DNA of 60,968 nucleotides, taken from positions 1 to 60,968 of the IMG/VR virus record IMGVR_UViG_3300010296_000008, one strand, 5' to 3'. The notes beneath the pieces are model-generated. The model ran no database searches and was not told where the DNA came from. It saw only the letters and a list, made by a program, of their open reading frames with translations. The position numbers and the translations under genes are program-made. Positions 1 through 8,072 of the stretch are shown here, one piece after another. The first letter of the stretch is position 1. The number at the start of each line of letters is the position of its first letter. This stretch comes from a virus (lineage: Duplodnaviria; Caudoviricetes).

Positions 1-1
1 A

Positions 2-178
2 GCTTATGATTTTGTTTCACAAGAGGTCAGAGCTGCGGAGGATCCAGAATTTGAAACGTTCTATACGAAAAACATCCTCCTCAATGAAGGACTCCGTGCC
101 TGGATGGCTCCAGTAGACCAACCACACGAGAACTTTGTGTTCCCCGAAGAAGTTCTTCCTAGAGGTAATGCTCTCTAA
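2..178 (+). CDS. psbD: Photosystem II D2 protein, 3' end (partial)
   Basis: Frame 2 reads [58 protein letters not shown], the canonical PsbD C-terminus. Confidence 0.98.
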   Translation, partial: AYDFVSQEVRAAEDPEFETFYTKNILLNEGLRAWMAPVDQPHENFVFPEEVLPRGNAL

Positions 179-211
179 ATAGAACTGAATATCGTCGGCG
201 CACCATAGGTG

Positions 212-240
212 TTGGCAAAATCCAACTAACCTGCTATACT
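212..240 (+). promoter_or_regulatory. Sigma70-type promoter with extended -10
   Basis: TTGGCA-17 nt-TATACT with TG just upstream of the -10. Confidence 0.6.
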
Positions 241-267
241 AGGGGGGCATATATGCCCTCCTTTTTT
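241..267 (+). terminator. Intrinsic terminator after psbD
   Basis: AGGGGGGCAT-at-ATGCCCTCCT hairpin followed by a T run. Confidence 0.75.
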
Positions 268-268
268 A

Positions 269-514
269 ATGGAAGATTCAATCATCATCTATACTATGAG
301 TAACTGCAAGTATTGCAGTCTTGCAAAACAGCTTATGGATCGTGCTGGATTTTCATACATAGAGATGAAACTAGATCGAGATGTAACACGGGAACAGATC
401 AAAGAAATCTTTTCTAGAGATTCGATTACATTCCCTCAAGTTATTTTTAAAGGTGAACATCTTGGCGGTTTAGTTGAGACTGCAAAACATTTCCAAAAGG
501 AGGGATTTGTATGA
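269..514 (+). CDS. nrdC: Glutaredoxin (NrdC-like)
   Basis: CKYC active site, TFPQV and LGG motifs, 81 aa. Confidence 0.9.
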   Translation: MEDSIIIYTMSNCKYCSLAKQLMDRAGFSYIEMKLDRDVTREQIKEIFSRDSITFPQVIFKGEHLGGLVETAKHFQKEGFV

Positions 515-681
515 AATCCAAGATAAATAGGGGCATAGAGTTGATGTTAAGGAGGGCAAAAAAACCTCAGGAACCCGAGCAAAAGCGAAAGGGGTTCGCT
601 TTCAACCCCTCATTTAAACTCTTCCGCAAAAGATACTATCTGACACTTAGTCTGGAGTGGGAGGAATCAACTAAGGAGTAA
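511..681 (+). CDS. Small hypothetical protein, 56 aa (not in ORF track)
   Basis: ATGA overlap with the glutaredoxin stop; reads MKSKINRGIELMLRRAKK...EESTKE*; fills the gap exactly. Confidence 0.7.
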   Translation: MKSKINRGIELMLRRAKKPQEPEQKRKGFAFNPSFKLFRKRYYLTLSLEWEESTKE

Positions 682-687
682 TAAAAG

Positions 688-918
688 ATGCCAGTAGCAA
701 TTACACTATTCTTCAGTGCAGTATCTTGTGTAATGTTTTTCATCTTAGGAGGTATCATTGGTTGGGTAGGCAATGATGTTGTTTATTCGATGACTGGTAT
801 GGACGGTGAAGAACCATTCGATCATCCTGAAATGTATGACTCTAAAGGCAGAGCATATACTGGCGAACTTCTAAGTCTTACATTTGAAGACTACGAAGAA
901 GAAGACTACGACTCATAA
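688..918 (+). CDS. Hypothetical membrane protein
   Basis: AGGAG RBS, N-terminal hydrophobic helix, HPEMYD motif, acidic tail. Confidence 0.75.
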   Translation: MPVAITLFFSAVSCVMFFILGGIIGWVGNDVVYSMTGMDGEEPFDHPEMYDSKGRAYTGELLSLTFEDYEEEDYDS

Positions 919-921
919 ATA
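915..921 (+). promoter_or_regulatory. T4-like late promoter
   Basis: ATAAATA overlapping the upstream stop, about 20 nt before the next ATG. Confidence 0.6.
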
Positions 922-940
922 CTAGAAAATCAGATTCATT

Positions 941-1378
941 ATGGCTGAATTATTAATTTCTGAAGTGCTCCAAAAAGTGAGCAATGCTAAAACTAAAGAA
1001 CAGAAGATCAAGATCCTTCGTGATAACAATTCCGAAGCCCTAAGGAAGATTCTTATCATCAACTTCGATCCTAGCATCGTGTCGAATCTTCCTGAAGGTG
1101 ATGTGCCTTTCAAACCAAACGAAGCTCCTGCTGGCACAGAGCATACCCGTCTCAGCACCGAGCATAAGATCCTCCACTACTTCGTGAAGGGTGGTGGCGA
1201 TAGTGTGCCTGCTCTGAAGCGTGAGACGATGTTTATGGGTCTCCTGGAGGGGTTACACGAGTCGGAAGCAGAGGTCGTCTGCCTCGCTAAAGACAAGAAC
1301 CTTAAGAAGAAATACAGGATCACCGAGAATGTCGTTAGAGAGGCATTCCCTAAGGTCCAGTGGGGAAACCGTCGCTAA
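941..1378 (+). CDS. Conserved T4-like phage hypothetical protein
   Basis: 145 aa with LPEGDVPF and KRETMF...LLEGLH motifs recalled from cyanomyovirus core hypotheticals. Confidence 0.8.
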   Translation: MAELLISEVLQKVSNAKTKEQKIKILRDNNSEALRKILIINFDPSIVSNLPEGDVPFKPNEAPAGTEHTRLSTEHKILHYFVKGGGDSVPALKRETMFMGLLEGLHESEAEVVCLAKDKNLKKKYRITENVVREAFPKVQWGNRR

Positions 1379-1380
1379 TT

Positions 1381-1394
1381 GTATCGTAATATAC
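1381..1394 (+). promoter_or_regulatory. Putative NtcA-binding box
   Basis: GTA-tcgtaata-TAC (GTAN8TAC) within the extended palindrome TGTAT...ATACA. Confidence 0.6.
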
Positions 1395-1416
1395 AGTTGT
1401 CGTCGCCTACATAATA

Positions 1417-1425
1417 TGGTATAAT
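1417..1425 (+). promoter_or_regulatory. Extended -10 promoter for the riboswitch leader
   Basis: TGGTATAAT ending 7 nt before the first CGTTC of the aptamer. Confidence 0.75.
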
Positions 1426-1432
1426 AACCATA

Positions 1433-1694
1433 CGTTCATCCTCCTCCCAGAGGAGGACGCAAGTAAGTCGCGGAACGGAGCGTTCATCCTATGTTATCAC
1501 TCGCTTTAATCTTTTTTAGTCACGTCCCACCTGAGGATTTCCTCAGATGTGAAGACTATGAATGGTTGAGGCAAGGTCTTGAGGAAACTCAATTGTTCAC
1601 CAGAGCAGAGAAGTTTGATCTTCTTGTGCATTGGATGAATCATACAGATCCTCATTGTTTTGATAGCAAGGACGCACACGACTGAAGGAACGGG
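1433..1694 (+). ncRNA. Tandem glutamine riboswitch (glnA / Downstream-peptide class) interrupted by an ORF
   Basis: Two CGTTCATCC starts (1433, 1481), two GGACGCA junctions, two GGAACGG ends; AGTA/GAA loop-E with AGTCG/CGACT pairing; lies upstream of a YRG peptide gene. Confidence 0.8.
1491..1685 (+). CDS. Small hypothetical protein nested in the riboswitch
   Basis: 64-aa ORF with GGAG at 1477-1480, hydrophobic N-terminus and two Cys. Confidence 0.65.
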   Translation: MLSLALIFFSHVPPEDFLRCEDYEWLRQGLEETQLFTRAEKFDLLVHWMNHTDPHCFDSKDAHD

Positions 1695-1727
1695 AATTAA
1701 CATTCTCATTTCTTTAGGAGTAATCCA

Positions 1728-1892
1728 ATGAACACACTTCAACTTATTCGCAATCAGATCAAGAAAGCAGCTGCTCTGCACGATGCACAAATTCTCCACA
1801 CTTCTTACCGTGGAGTCAAGTACGAGTGCAAGCAGGGAGTCGATGAAGTTCACGGCACCTTCTGCTATCGCGGTCACACTTACAATAAGTGA
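1728..1892 (+). CDS. DUF4278-family Downstream peptide, 54 aa (not in ORF track)
   Basis: AGGAG RBS; MNTLQLIRNQIKKAAALHDAQILHTSYRGVKY...FCYRGHTYNK with two YRG motifs. Confidence 0.88.
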   Translation: MNTLQLIRNQIKKAAALHDAQILHTSYRGVKYECKQGVDEVHGTFCYRGHTYNK

Positions 1893-1896
1893 ATCT

Positions 1897-1923
1897 AAGG
1901 AGGGTTGACACCCTCCTTTTTTT
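1897..1923 (+). terminator. Intrinsic terminator
   Basis: AAGGAGGGT-tgac-ACCCTCCTT hairpin followed by a T run. Confidence 0.85.
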
Positions 1924-1933
1924 GTGCTACTAT
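1905..1933 (+). promoter_or_regulatory. Sigma70-type promoter overlapping the terminator
   Basis: TTGACA-17 nt-TACTAT with extended TG. Confidence 0.7.
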
Positions 1934-1954
1934 ATACTTAAACGCAGAGCTCTG

Positions 1955-2170
1955 ATGGAACCTAATAGGGAACGCCTAAAGTTAATCCTTAAGAATCTTA
2001 AGTCGTTAGTTGATGCCTTAGAGTCAGAAATTTATTCCGATCCAGACAGGTACAAATCTTCGATTGATACTCGTGGTACGCCAAGTTACTTAGACTGTGC
2101 TTACGAAGAAGTATTCAAAAACGCTTTAACTTATAGTGATGTCTCAGATGATGACGGGTATGCAGACTGA
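1955..2170 (+). CDS. Hypothetical protein
   Basis: ATG at 1955 downstream of the promoter; RLKLILKNLKSLVDALESEIYSD...DDDGYAD. Confidence 0.75.
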   Translation: MEPNRERLKLILKNLKSLVDALESEIYSDPDRYKSSIDTRGTPSYLDCAYEEVFKNALTYSDVSDDDGYAD

Positions 2171-2381
2171 TTGGCGGTATTCTGGCGAAAAGATGAAACT
2201 ACGAGAGGAGTGCCTAAAAATTCTCCTTGGTAAATTTGGATCCGTATTGAATGAAGACGGATCTCCTGCACATTCTTCGCAATCAATCTATGAATGCGCC
2301 CACGACTGGATTAGTCAGGGACATATGATTAGCAGCGGAATCGTTTCTTACTACAAAGCTTATTATAATGACAAGACTTAA
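2160..2381 (+). CDS. Hypothetical protein
   Basis: DWRYS...IYECAHDW ORF overlapping its neighbours. Confidence 0.7.
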   Translation: MQTDWRYSGEKMKLREECLKILLGKFGSVLNEDGSPAHSSQSIYECAHDWISQGHMISSGIVSYYKAYYNDKT

Positions 2382-2553
2382 AGATCAAATTCGTTTGGCA
2401 AAAGCAGCACTTAAACTTGCCGAGACTAGACCAGAACTTTATACCTTAGAAGAACTTAGGTATATGGAAATGCAACTCAAGGTTGCGAAAAGAAATCTAG
2501 AACAAAAAAAATTACGAAAGAAGCAACAGCAAGGTTTTGGGTATGAAGATTGA
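2368..2553 (+). CDS. Hypothetical basic protein
   Basis: 61 aa, overlaps both neighbours. Confidence 0.7.
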   Translation: MTRLKDQIRLAKAALKLAETRPELYTLEELRYMEMQLKVAKRNLEQKKLRKKQQQGFGYED

Positions 2554-3235
2554 CAATGAATTTCGTACAGTAGATAGAGCTCTTGTTGAAGATATCTTTC
2601 CTACTGCTATTGCTTATTATAAATTTCCAGAAGATAAACAAGAAGAACTAAAGAACGCAGTTCGTAGGGCAGTTAAAAAACCGAGACCAGGAGAAAACAA
2701 TTACCACGATAATTTGTTTCACTTCTATCAGCACGCTGGCGAACATCTTCTAGAAGATAATAAAGAGGAAAGTGTCTTCGCAGAATTTGAGTTGTTTCTA
2801 AAATCAGCTTATAAAGATTATGTGATGGGTATCTATGGGTGGAACACAAACCCCACTCCTTTTATTACAGATTGCTGGGTTAATATTACCAAGAGAGGTG
2901 GTAAGCAAGTTATTCATTCTCACGCCAATGCTTTTGTTTCTGGAACATACTATGTGAGTATGCCCGAAGGTGCTTCTCCATTGATCTTAACTAACCCTAA
3001 TCTTTCTGCCAATCGTCCTTACATCGGATTCGATCAGTCTGATGATACAGTATACAATCGTTCAGCTCACGTTGCAAATTGTGTTGACGGTTTTTTAGTT
3101 CTTTGGCCTAGTAATCTTGCCCACTATACAGAAGAGACGAAGTGTGATGAACCGAGAGTTTCTATCTCGATGAATTTTTCACCATCTGTTTTTACTGCTG
3201 GAGCATATAATTATCGTATTGAGCGTGATAAATGA
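2543..3235 (+). CDS. 2OG-Fe(II) oxygenase (TIGR02466-like)
   Basis: WVN...HSH.N..VSGTYY, WPSNLAH and RVSISMN motifs. Confidence 0.88.
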   Translation: MKIDNEFRTVDRALVEDIFPTAIAYYKFPEDKQEELKNAVRRAVKKPRPGENNYHDNLFHFYQHAGEHLLEDNKEESVFAEFELFLKSAYKDYVMGIYGWNTNPTPFITDCWVNITKRGGKQVIHSHANAFVSGTYYVSMPEGASPLILTNPNLSANRPYIGFDQSDDTVYNRSAHVANCVDGFLVLWPSNLAHYTEETKCDEPRVSISMNFSPSVFTAGAYNYRIERDK

Positions 3236-3894
3236 GAGAACAAATTTGCCCTATGTTCTCCACCCCACTTGGAGTTTATAGGTGGGATGAGGACAAGACT
3301 AATGAATTAAAAGATCTGACTCGTACTTTACTTGCGGAAAGATCGAAAGAAAATGACATCGATGGTTCTCCTGTTTCGTCAGATCTTTTTCATTTCTGGA
3401 ATACATCTGGTAGGAGTTTTCTCTATGAAGATCATCCTCTTATCAGAGAGTTTGAAAAGTTCTTGTCAGAATCTTACATTGATTTTACCCAGAATGTTTA
3501 TGAATGGGATATGACAACAGAGCATCACATCACAGAATGCTGGGTTAATGTGACTAAGAAAGGTGGGTGGCAATACAAACATAGCCATTCAAATAGCTTT
3601 GTTTCTGGCACTTTTTATCTCAACTACCCGCCAGGTTGTACTGGGTTAACGTTTACTCATTTTTCGAAAGAGAAAACTGCACCCTATCTTTCTCCTAATC
3701 CTAAGAGACCTAACAAGTACAACTCAGAAACCTTGACTATGAGACCTGATGAAGGTATACTGTTCTTATGGAGTAGTAACCTTACTCACGAGACAGAAAT
3801 CCTTACTGAAGATGTCAGGAGAGTTTCTATTTCAATGAACTTTGTACCCACAGTAATTGATACTGGGGTTTATCGCCTACGTTTATCTCAATGA
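3232..3894 (+). CDS. 2OG-Fe(II) oxygenase (TIGR02466-like), paralog of the preceding gene
   Basis: WVN...HSHSNSFVSGTFY, WSSNLTH and RVSISMN motifs. Confidence 0.88.
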   Translation: MREQICPMFSTPLGVYRWDEDKTNELKDLTRTLLAERSKENDIDGSPVSSDLFHFWNTSGRSFLYEDHPLIREFEKFLSESYIDFTQNVYEWDMTTEHHITECWVNVTKKGGWQYKHSHSNSFVSGTFYLNYPPGCTGLTFTHFSKEKTAPYLSPNPKRPNKYNSETLTMRPDEGILFLWSSNLTHETEILTEDVRRVSISMNFVPTVIDTGVYRLRLSQ

Positions 3895-4532
3895 ATACCG
3901 CACGATTAATCTCTGTCACTCCTGATGCTGAAAAGACTATGGCATATGTTGCCAGGGTCAGCAATCCTAACAACCAAGAGAATCCTAACTATGCCAAACT
4001 CCTGGGTTACTGTATCAAGCACAACCACTGGTCTGTGTTTGAACAGTCTTTTATGACTCTTGAGTTGGAGACCACCAGGGGTATCGCAGCTCAAGTGCTG
4101 CGTCACCGTTCGTTCACATATCAAGAGTTTTCTCAGCGGTATGCTGACAGTTCTATGTTGGGAGATAGCGTACCTCTGTTTGATCTTCGTCGTCAGGATG
4201 ATAAGAACAGGCAGAACTCTATCGATGATATTGATGATTTCACTAAGCAGCAGTTTGAGATCTTAATTCAGAAACATTTTGCTGAAGCTATGGATCTTTA
4301 TAAGCAGATGCTTTCTAAGGGAATCGCAAAGGAGTGTGCTCGTTTTGTCTTGCCACTGGCAACGCCCACCAAAATCTATATGTCGGGCTCGTGCCGTTCT
4401 TGGATCCACTATATAAATTTGAGAACCGCTAATGGTACTCAGAAAGAACATATGGATCTTGCTAATTCTTGTAAGCAGATCTTTGTTGAACAATTTCCCA
4501 CAGTTGCTGAAGCTTTAGAATGGACTTCCTGA
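3891..4532 (+). CDS. thyX: Flavin-dependent thymidylate synthase
   Basis: HWSVFE, RHRSFTYQEFSQRY ThyX motif, AKECARFVLP, TQKEH. Confidence 0.96.
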   Translation: MNTARLISVTPDAEKTMAYVARVSNPNNQENPNYAKLLGYCIKHNHWSVFEQSFMTLELETTRGIAAQVLRHRSFTYQEFSQRYADSSMLGDSVPLFDLRRQDDKNRQNSIDDIDDFTKQQFEILIQKHFAEAMDLYKQMLSKGIAKECARFVLPLATPTKIYMSGSCRSWIHYINLRTANGTQKEHMDLANSCKQIFVEQFPTVAEALEWTS

Positions 4533-5173
4533 ACGACATTAAAGTATACGATAATGTTTTAGATACACAGTCTAGCAAGCAGGTGTTTGAATTCCTTAGT
4601 AGGAATTTTTACACCCTTGCTCGTACTAATGATTCTGCGACATTAGAGCGTAGCAAAAATTTCCTCCGAGAAGAAAGAACGCAAGAAGAATTAGATACTT
4701 TTAAATCTAATTTTCTTGAACAGCAACTCCGCGACTCTTCTATTCGGGAGAAAGATTTGAAAGCAGATAAACTTTACTGGACACGTATCCATAAAGGTGC
4801 TCCTGAATGTACTGCAGAAGATGAAGAACTCTGTGTTGCATTGTATGATGCCTTGAAAGTCGTGTGTGATCTTCCTCCTTATCAAGTTCTTGGTAATGTC
4901 TATACTAATATGCTGCGGTGTATGGATAGACCCACAGCACACATTGACAATATCGATCCTAAGAATAGAACAATTATGTTCTACACCAATAATGAATGGT
5001 ATCGTGACTGGGGTGGAGAAACTATTTTCTATGACCTTGACGACAACATCATTAAAGCTGTGCAACCTAAACCTGGCAGGGTAGTTTCTTTTGATGGACG
5101 GATACCACACTCTGCACGTCCTCCTGTAACTTCTGCTTACACTCCTAGATACATTACAGTGATGAAGTTCTGA
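4520..5173 (+). CDS. 2OG-Fe(II) oxygenase (prolyl-hydroxylase-like)
   Basis: HID, WGGETIF, FDGRIPH and distal R motifs. Confidence 0.88.
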   Translation: MDFLNDIKVYDNVLDTQSSKQVFEFLSRNFYTLARTNDSATLERSKNFLREERTQEELDTFKSNFLEQQLRDSSIREKDLKADKLYWTRIHKGAPECTAEDEELCVALYDALKVVCDLPPYQVLGNVYTNMLRCMDRPTAHIDNIDPKNRTIMFYTNNEWYRDWGGETIFYDLDDNIIKAVQPKPGRVVSFDGRIPHSARPPVTSAYTPRYITVMKF

Positions 5174-5802
5174 TGCCTTTATACGAATTTAGTGATAAGA
5201 ATACGGGAGAATCTGTAGGCGAATTGTTCCTCAGTTTTGATGGGTTGGAAGATTTTCTGGAGATGAATCCAAACCTTTGCGTTAAACCAGGAAAACTTAG
5301 GTATTTGGCTGATAAGTCTGATGAATCATTCCCTAGTTATCCTGATATGAATACTCATACTAAAGCGAAGGAGGAGAGGGGTGCTACTTTCAAACCAGCT
5401 GATCCTGCATCTTGGAATGACACTAAAGACCCTACCGAAAACTACACCAAGTATAAAGTAACTGATCGTCGTAAAAATAAGATCAGTCACTTTGAGGAAG
5501 ATATTAAAAAGTATGGTAAAATTGTTAGTGCTCCTAGAATGCTAGGGGAAGGTAGTAAAACTGATTTCCACGTTGACAAAATCGACTGTAGCGATCCTAT
5601 CACTTATGAGGAAGAGAGACAGCAACAAGAACAACAGGAAAGAGAAGACGCATCGCTTAAACAAAAGCGATACGAGCACGAACGAGGAATGCGTGGCACA
5701 AGCTCTAAGAATGCTATCAACTTAACTGATTCGCAGGCTCTTAATCCTTGGGAAAAAGGTTATGCTGAACAAAATCAAGACAACTACACAGATTTAAAAT
5801 AA
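5173..5802 (+). CDS. Hypothetical protein with MPxYEF-type N-terminus
   Basis: 209 aa; N-terminus resembles that of the next gene. Confidence 0.7.
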   Translation: MPLYEFSDKNTGESVGELFLSFDGLEDFLEMNPNLCVKPGKLRYLADKSDESFPSYPDMNTHTKAKEERGATFKPADPASWNDTKDPTENYTKYKVTDRRKNKISHFEEDIKKYGKIVSAPRMLGEGSKTDFHVDKIDCSDPITYEEERQQQEQQEREDASLKQKRYEHERGMRGTSSKNAINLTDSQALNPWEKGYAEQNQDNYTDLK

Positions 5803-5808
5803 ATAGTT

Positions 5809-6045
5809 ATGCCGATTTATCCAGTAGTCAATCGTCACACAGGTGAAAAACAAGAACTAAACCTTTCTCTATCTTCTTACGAACAGTGGAGAAAGGACAA
5901 TCCAGATTGGGATAAGGACTGGTCCGCTGGGGTAGCAGGGTTAGGAGAGGTTGGTGACTGGAGAAATAAAACTGATGGAGGATGGAATGAAGTTCTCCAT
6001 AAAGTTTCTCAAGTCCCTGGATCAAACGTCAAACCCTACAAATAA
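5809..6045 (+). CDS. Conserved cyanophage hypothetical protein
   Basis: MPIYPV..TGE..., Trp-rich, GWNEVL.KV...PGS; ATAAATA at 5799-5805. Confidence 0.8.
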   Translation: MPIYPVVNRHTGEKQELNLSLSSYEQWRKDNPDWDKDWSAGVAGLGEVGDWRNKTDGGWNEVLHKVSQVPGSNVKPYK

Positions 6046-6056
6046 CCAATACACCT

Positions 6057-6806
6057 ATGCCAAGGAAGAAGTCGCCAACAACTCTTTCTACTAAGCAGAT
6101 GAAGAGATCTAAACCGATCAACACATCTCTTATGAGGAACATTGAACCTCTAACAGAGAATCAAGAACTCCTCTGGGATGAATACGCAAAAGGACAGAAC
6201 CTAGTTGCCTATGGTGCAGCAGGTACAGGTAAAACATTCTGTCTGCTGTACAATGCATTGAAGGAAGTTCTCTCTGAGGACTCTCCGTACGAAAAAGTTT
6301 ATCTTGTGCGTTCTCTGGTTGCCACTAGAGAGATTGGATTCCTTCCTGGCACACACGACGACAAGAGCTTCCTTTACCAGATTCCTTATAAGAATATGGT
6401 GAAGCATATGTTCTCGATGTATACTGATAAGGAGTTCGAAACCCTCTATGACGACCTCCAGCGTCAAGAAACTATCAGCTTTTGGTCTACTTCTTTTCTT
6501 AGGGGTACGACTCTTGATAATGCTATTGTGATTGTGGACGAGTTCCAGAACTTGAATTTTCACGAGCTTGATAGTATAATTACTAGGGTTGGTGAGAATA
6601 GTAAGATCCACTTTGCTGGTGATGCTACTCAGACTGACTTACAGAAAGTGACCGAGCGCACTGGCATTCTAGATTTTATGCAAATCCTTGAGGGTATGCC
6701 CGAGATGTCGAAGATTGAATTCAGCATCGAGGATATTGTGAGATCTGGTCTTGTTAGATCGTATCTGGTCAGCAAGATCAATCAAGGTTACAATGAAAAA
6801 GTTTGA
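6057..6806 (+). CDS. phoH: PhoH-family ATPase
   Basis: GAAGTGKT Walker A, IGFLPG, RGTTLD, DEFQN, GDATQTD, IVRSG. Confidence 0.96.
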   Translation: MPRKKSPTTLSTKQMKRSKPINTSLMRNIEPLTENQELLWDEYAKGQNLVAYGAAGTGKTFCLLYNALKEVLSEDSPYEKVYLVRSLVATREIGFLPGTHDDKSFLYQIPYKNMVKHMFSMYTDKEFETLYDDLQRQETISFWSTSFLRGTTLDNAIVIVDEFQNLNFHELDSIITRVGENSKIHFAGDATQTDLQKVTERTGILDFMQILEGMPEMSKIEFSIEDIVRSGLVRSYLVSKINQGYNEKV

Positions 6807-7479
6807 CCACTCCCAATTATTAGAATCAGTTACACTAAAGCGTGGTCTCATTGAGGGGCGGCGGTTGTACTCCGTAGGGGACAACCACTACCCCTCTGTT
6901 ACTACTGTTCTTTCTAATCGTAAGCAGAAGAAAGAAGCGATCAATCGCTGGCGTAAGCGTGTCGGTGAAGCTGAAGCAAACCGTACTTCTACTCGTGCAG
7001 CAACTCGCGGTACCAATTTTCACGGAATCGCAGAGGACTATATTATGAACAGGTTGAACCTGGATGATCACAAGCACAATCCTCTGCCTGTCCAGATGTT
7101 TCGCACTTCTAAAAGTGTTATAGATAGAATAGATCGACCTCGCCTTGTCGAGTCGATGCTCTGGTCAGACAAGTTAAAGATTGCTGGTCAAGTAGACCTT
7201 ATCGCAGAGTTTGATGGTGCTCTGTCTGTGATTGATTTCAAGACATCTAAGTCGCCAAAGAAGCAATACATTGTTGAAGACTATTTCACTCAGATGTGTG
7301 CTTATGGGTATATGTTCTATGAACATTACAAATTAGAGGTAGAACAATTTGTCGCCATTGTTGCTTGCGAGGATGGTGAATGTCAGGTTGTAAAAACTTC
7401 TTTGAAAGAACCCCACTTTCTTAAGCTACTTGAGGCAATCAAAGAATACGAGAATGCAAATGCCTCAACAACCCGATGA
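6793..7479 (+). CDS. PD-(D/E)XK (Cas4/RecB-like) exonuclease
   Basis: YPSVTT, RGT.FH, AGQVD, IDFKTS, Q..AY motifs; usual phoH neighbour. Confidence 0.9.
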   Translation: MKKFDHSQLLESVTLKRGLIEGRRLYSVGDNHYPSVTTVLSNRKQKKEAINRWRKRVGEAEANRTSTRAATRGTNFHGIAEDYIMNRLNLDDHKHNPLPVQMFRTSKSVIDRIDRPRLVESMLWSDKLKIAGQVDLIAEFDGALSVIDFKTSKSPKKQYIVEDYFTQMCAYGYMFYEHYKLEVEQFVAIVACEDGECQVVKTSLKEPHFLKLLEAIKEYENANASTTR

Positions 7480-7714
7480 AATAGAAAACAAATTTATGAC
7501 TGCTACAAAATTTGCTGGTGAAATTGAAAAACTAGTCGTGGACAATCACGATATGAATTACATTGATGCTGTAGTTCATTTTTGTGAGTTAAATAGTATC
7601 GAACTAGAGGGTGTGGGTAAACTTATTTCCAAACCTCTAAAAGAAAAACTGAAGTATGATGCTCAGCGTCTTAACTTCATCAAGAAAACTAGTCGTGCAA
7701 AGTTGATGTTCTAA
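7460..7714 (+). CDS. gp33: Late transcription co-activator gp33
   Basis: F..EIEKLV....NYIDAVV..CE...KLISKPLKEKL...A..LN. Confidence 0.88.
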   Translation: MPQQPDEIENKFMTATKFAGEIEKLVVDNHDMNYIDAVVHFCELNSIELEGVGKLISKPLKEKLKYDAQRLNFIKKTSRAKLMF

Positions 7715-8056
7715 ATGGCGTTCAGAGATTCCGATATCGTTCAGAAGGAAGTTAAAATTATTAACGAACTTCAAGATCAGCTCGCAGAAATGACACTTGC
7801 ATTTCCTGCTATGTCTCCTGATGAGCGAGAAGAGTACGTTGAAATCGTCGAGACTCTTCTAGAAAAGCAAAGAATTTTGTGGACACGTGTAGAATTGTCA
7901 AAGAACTCTGACGAAACTGCTGCCATTATGGCGAACGATGTTCGTAAGGTTATGGATGCTATCGGACTGCCAAAAGACGTGTCAGTAAAGGATGTCTTTG
8001 GTAATATCGATGAGATGATTGTCACTCTGAAGAGAACGATTGCAGATTTAGATTGA
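7715..8056 (+). CDS. DUF1825-like protein
   Basis: MAF.DSDIVQ.E and LLEKQRI..TR.ELS; cyanophage core position. Confidence 0.7.
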   Translation: MAFRDSDIVQKEVKIINELQDQLAEMTLAFPAMSPDEREEYVEIVETLLEKQRILWTRVELSKNSDETAAIMANDVRKVMDAIGLPKDVSVKDVFGNIDEMIVTLKRTIADLD

Positions 8057-8072
8057 ATTAAGATTGTAATAC

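Noticed and set aside
6793-7479. Cas4-like nuclease as a sign of CRISPR
   Set aside because: No repeat-spacer array or other cas genes seen; this is the standard phoH-linked phage exonuclease
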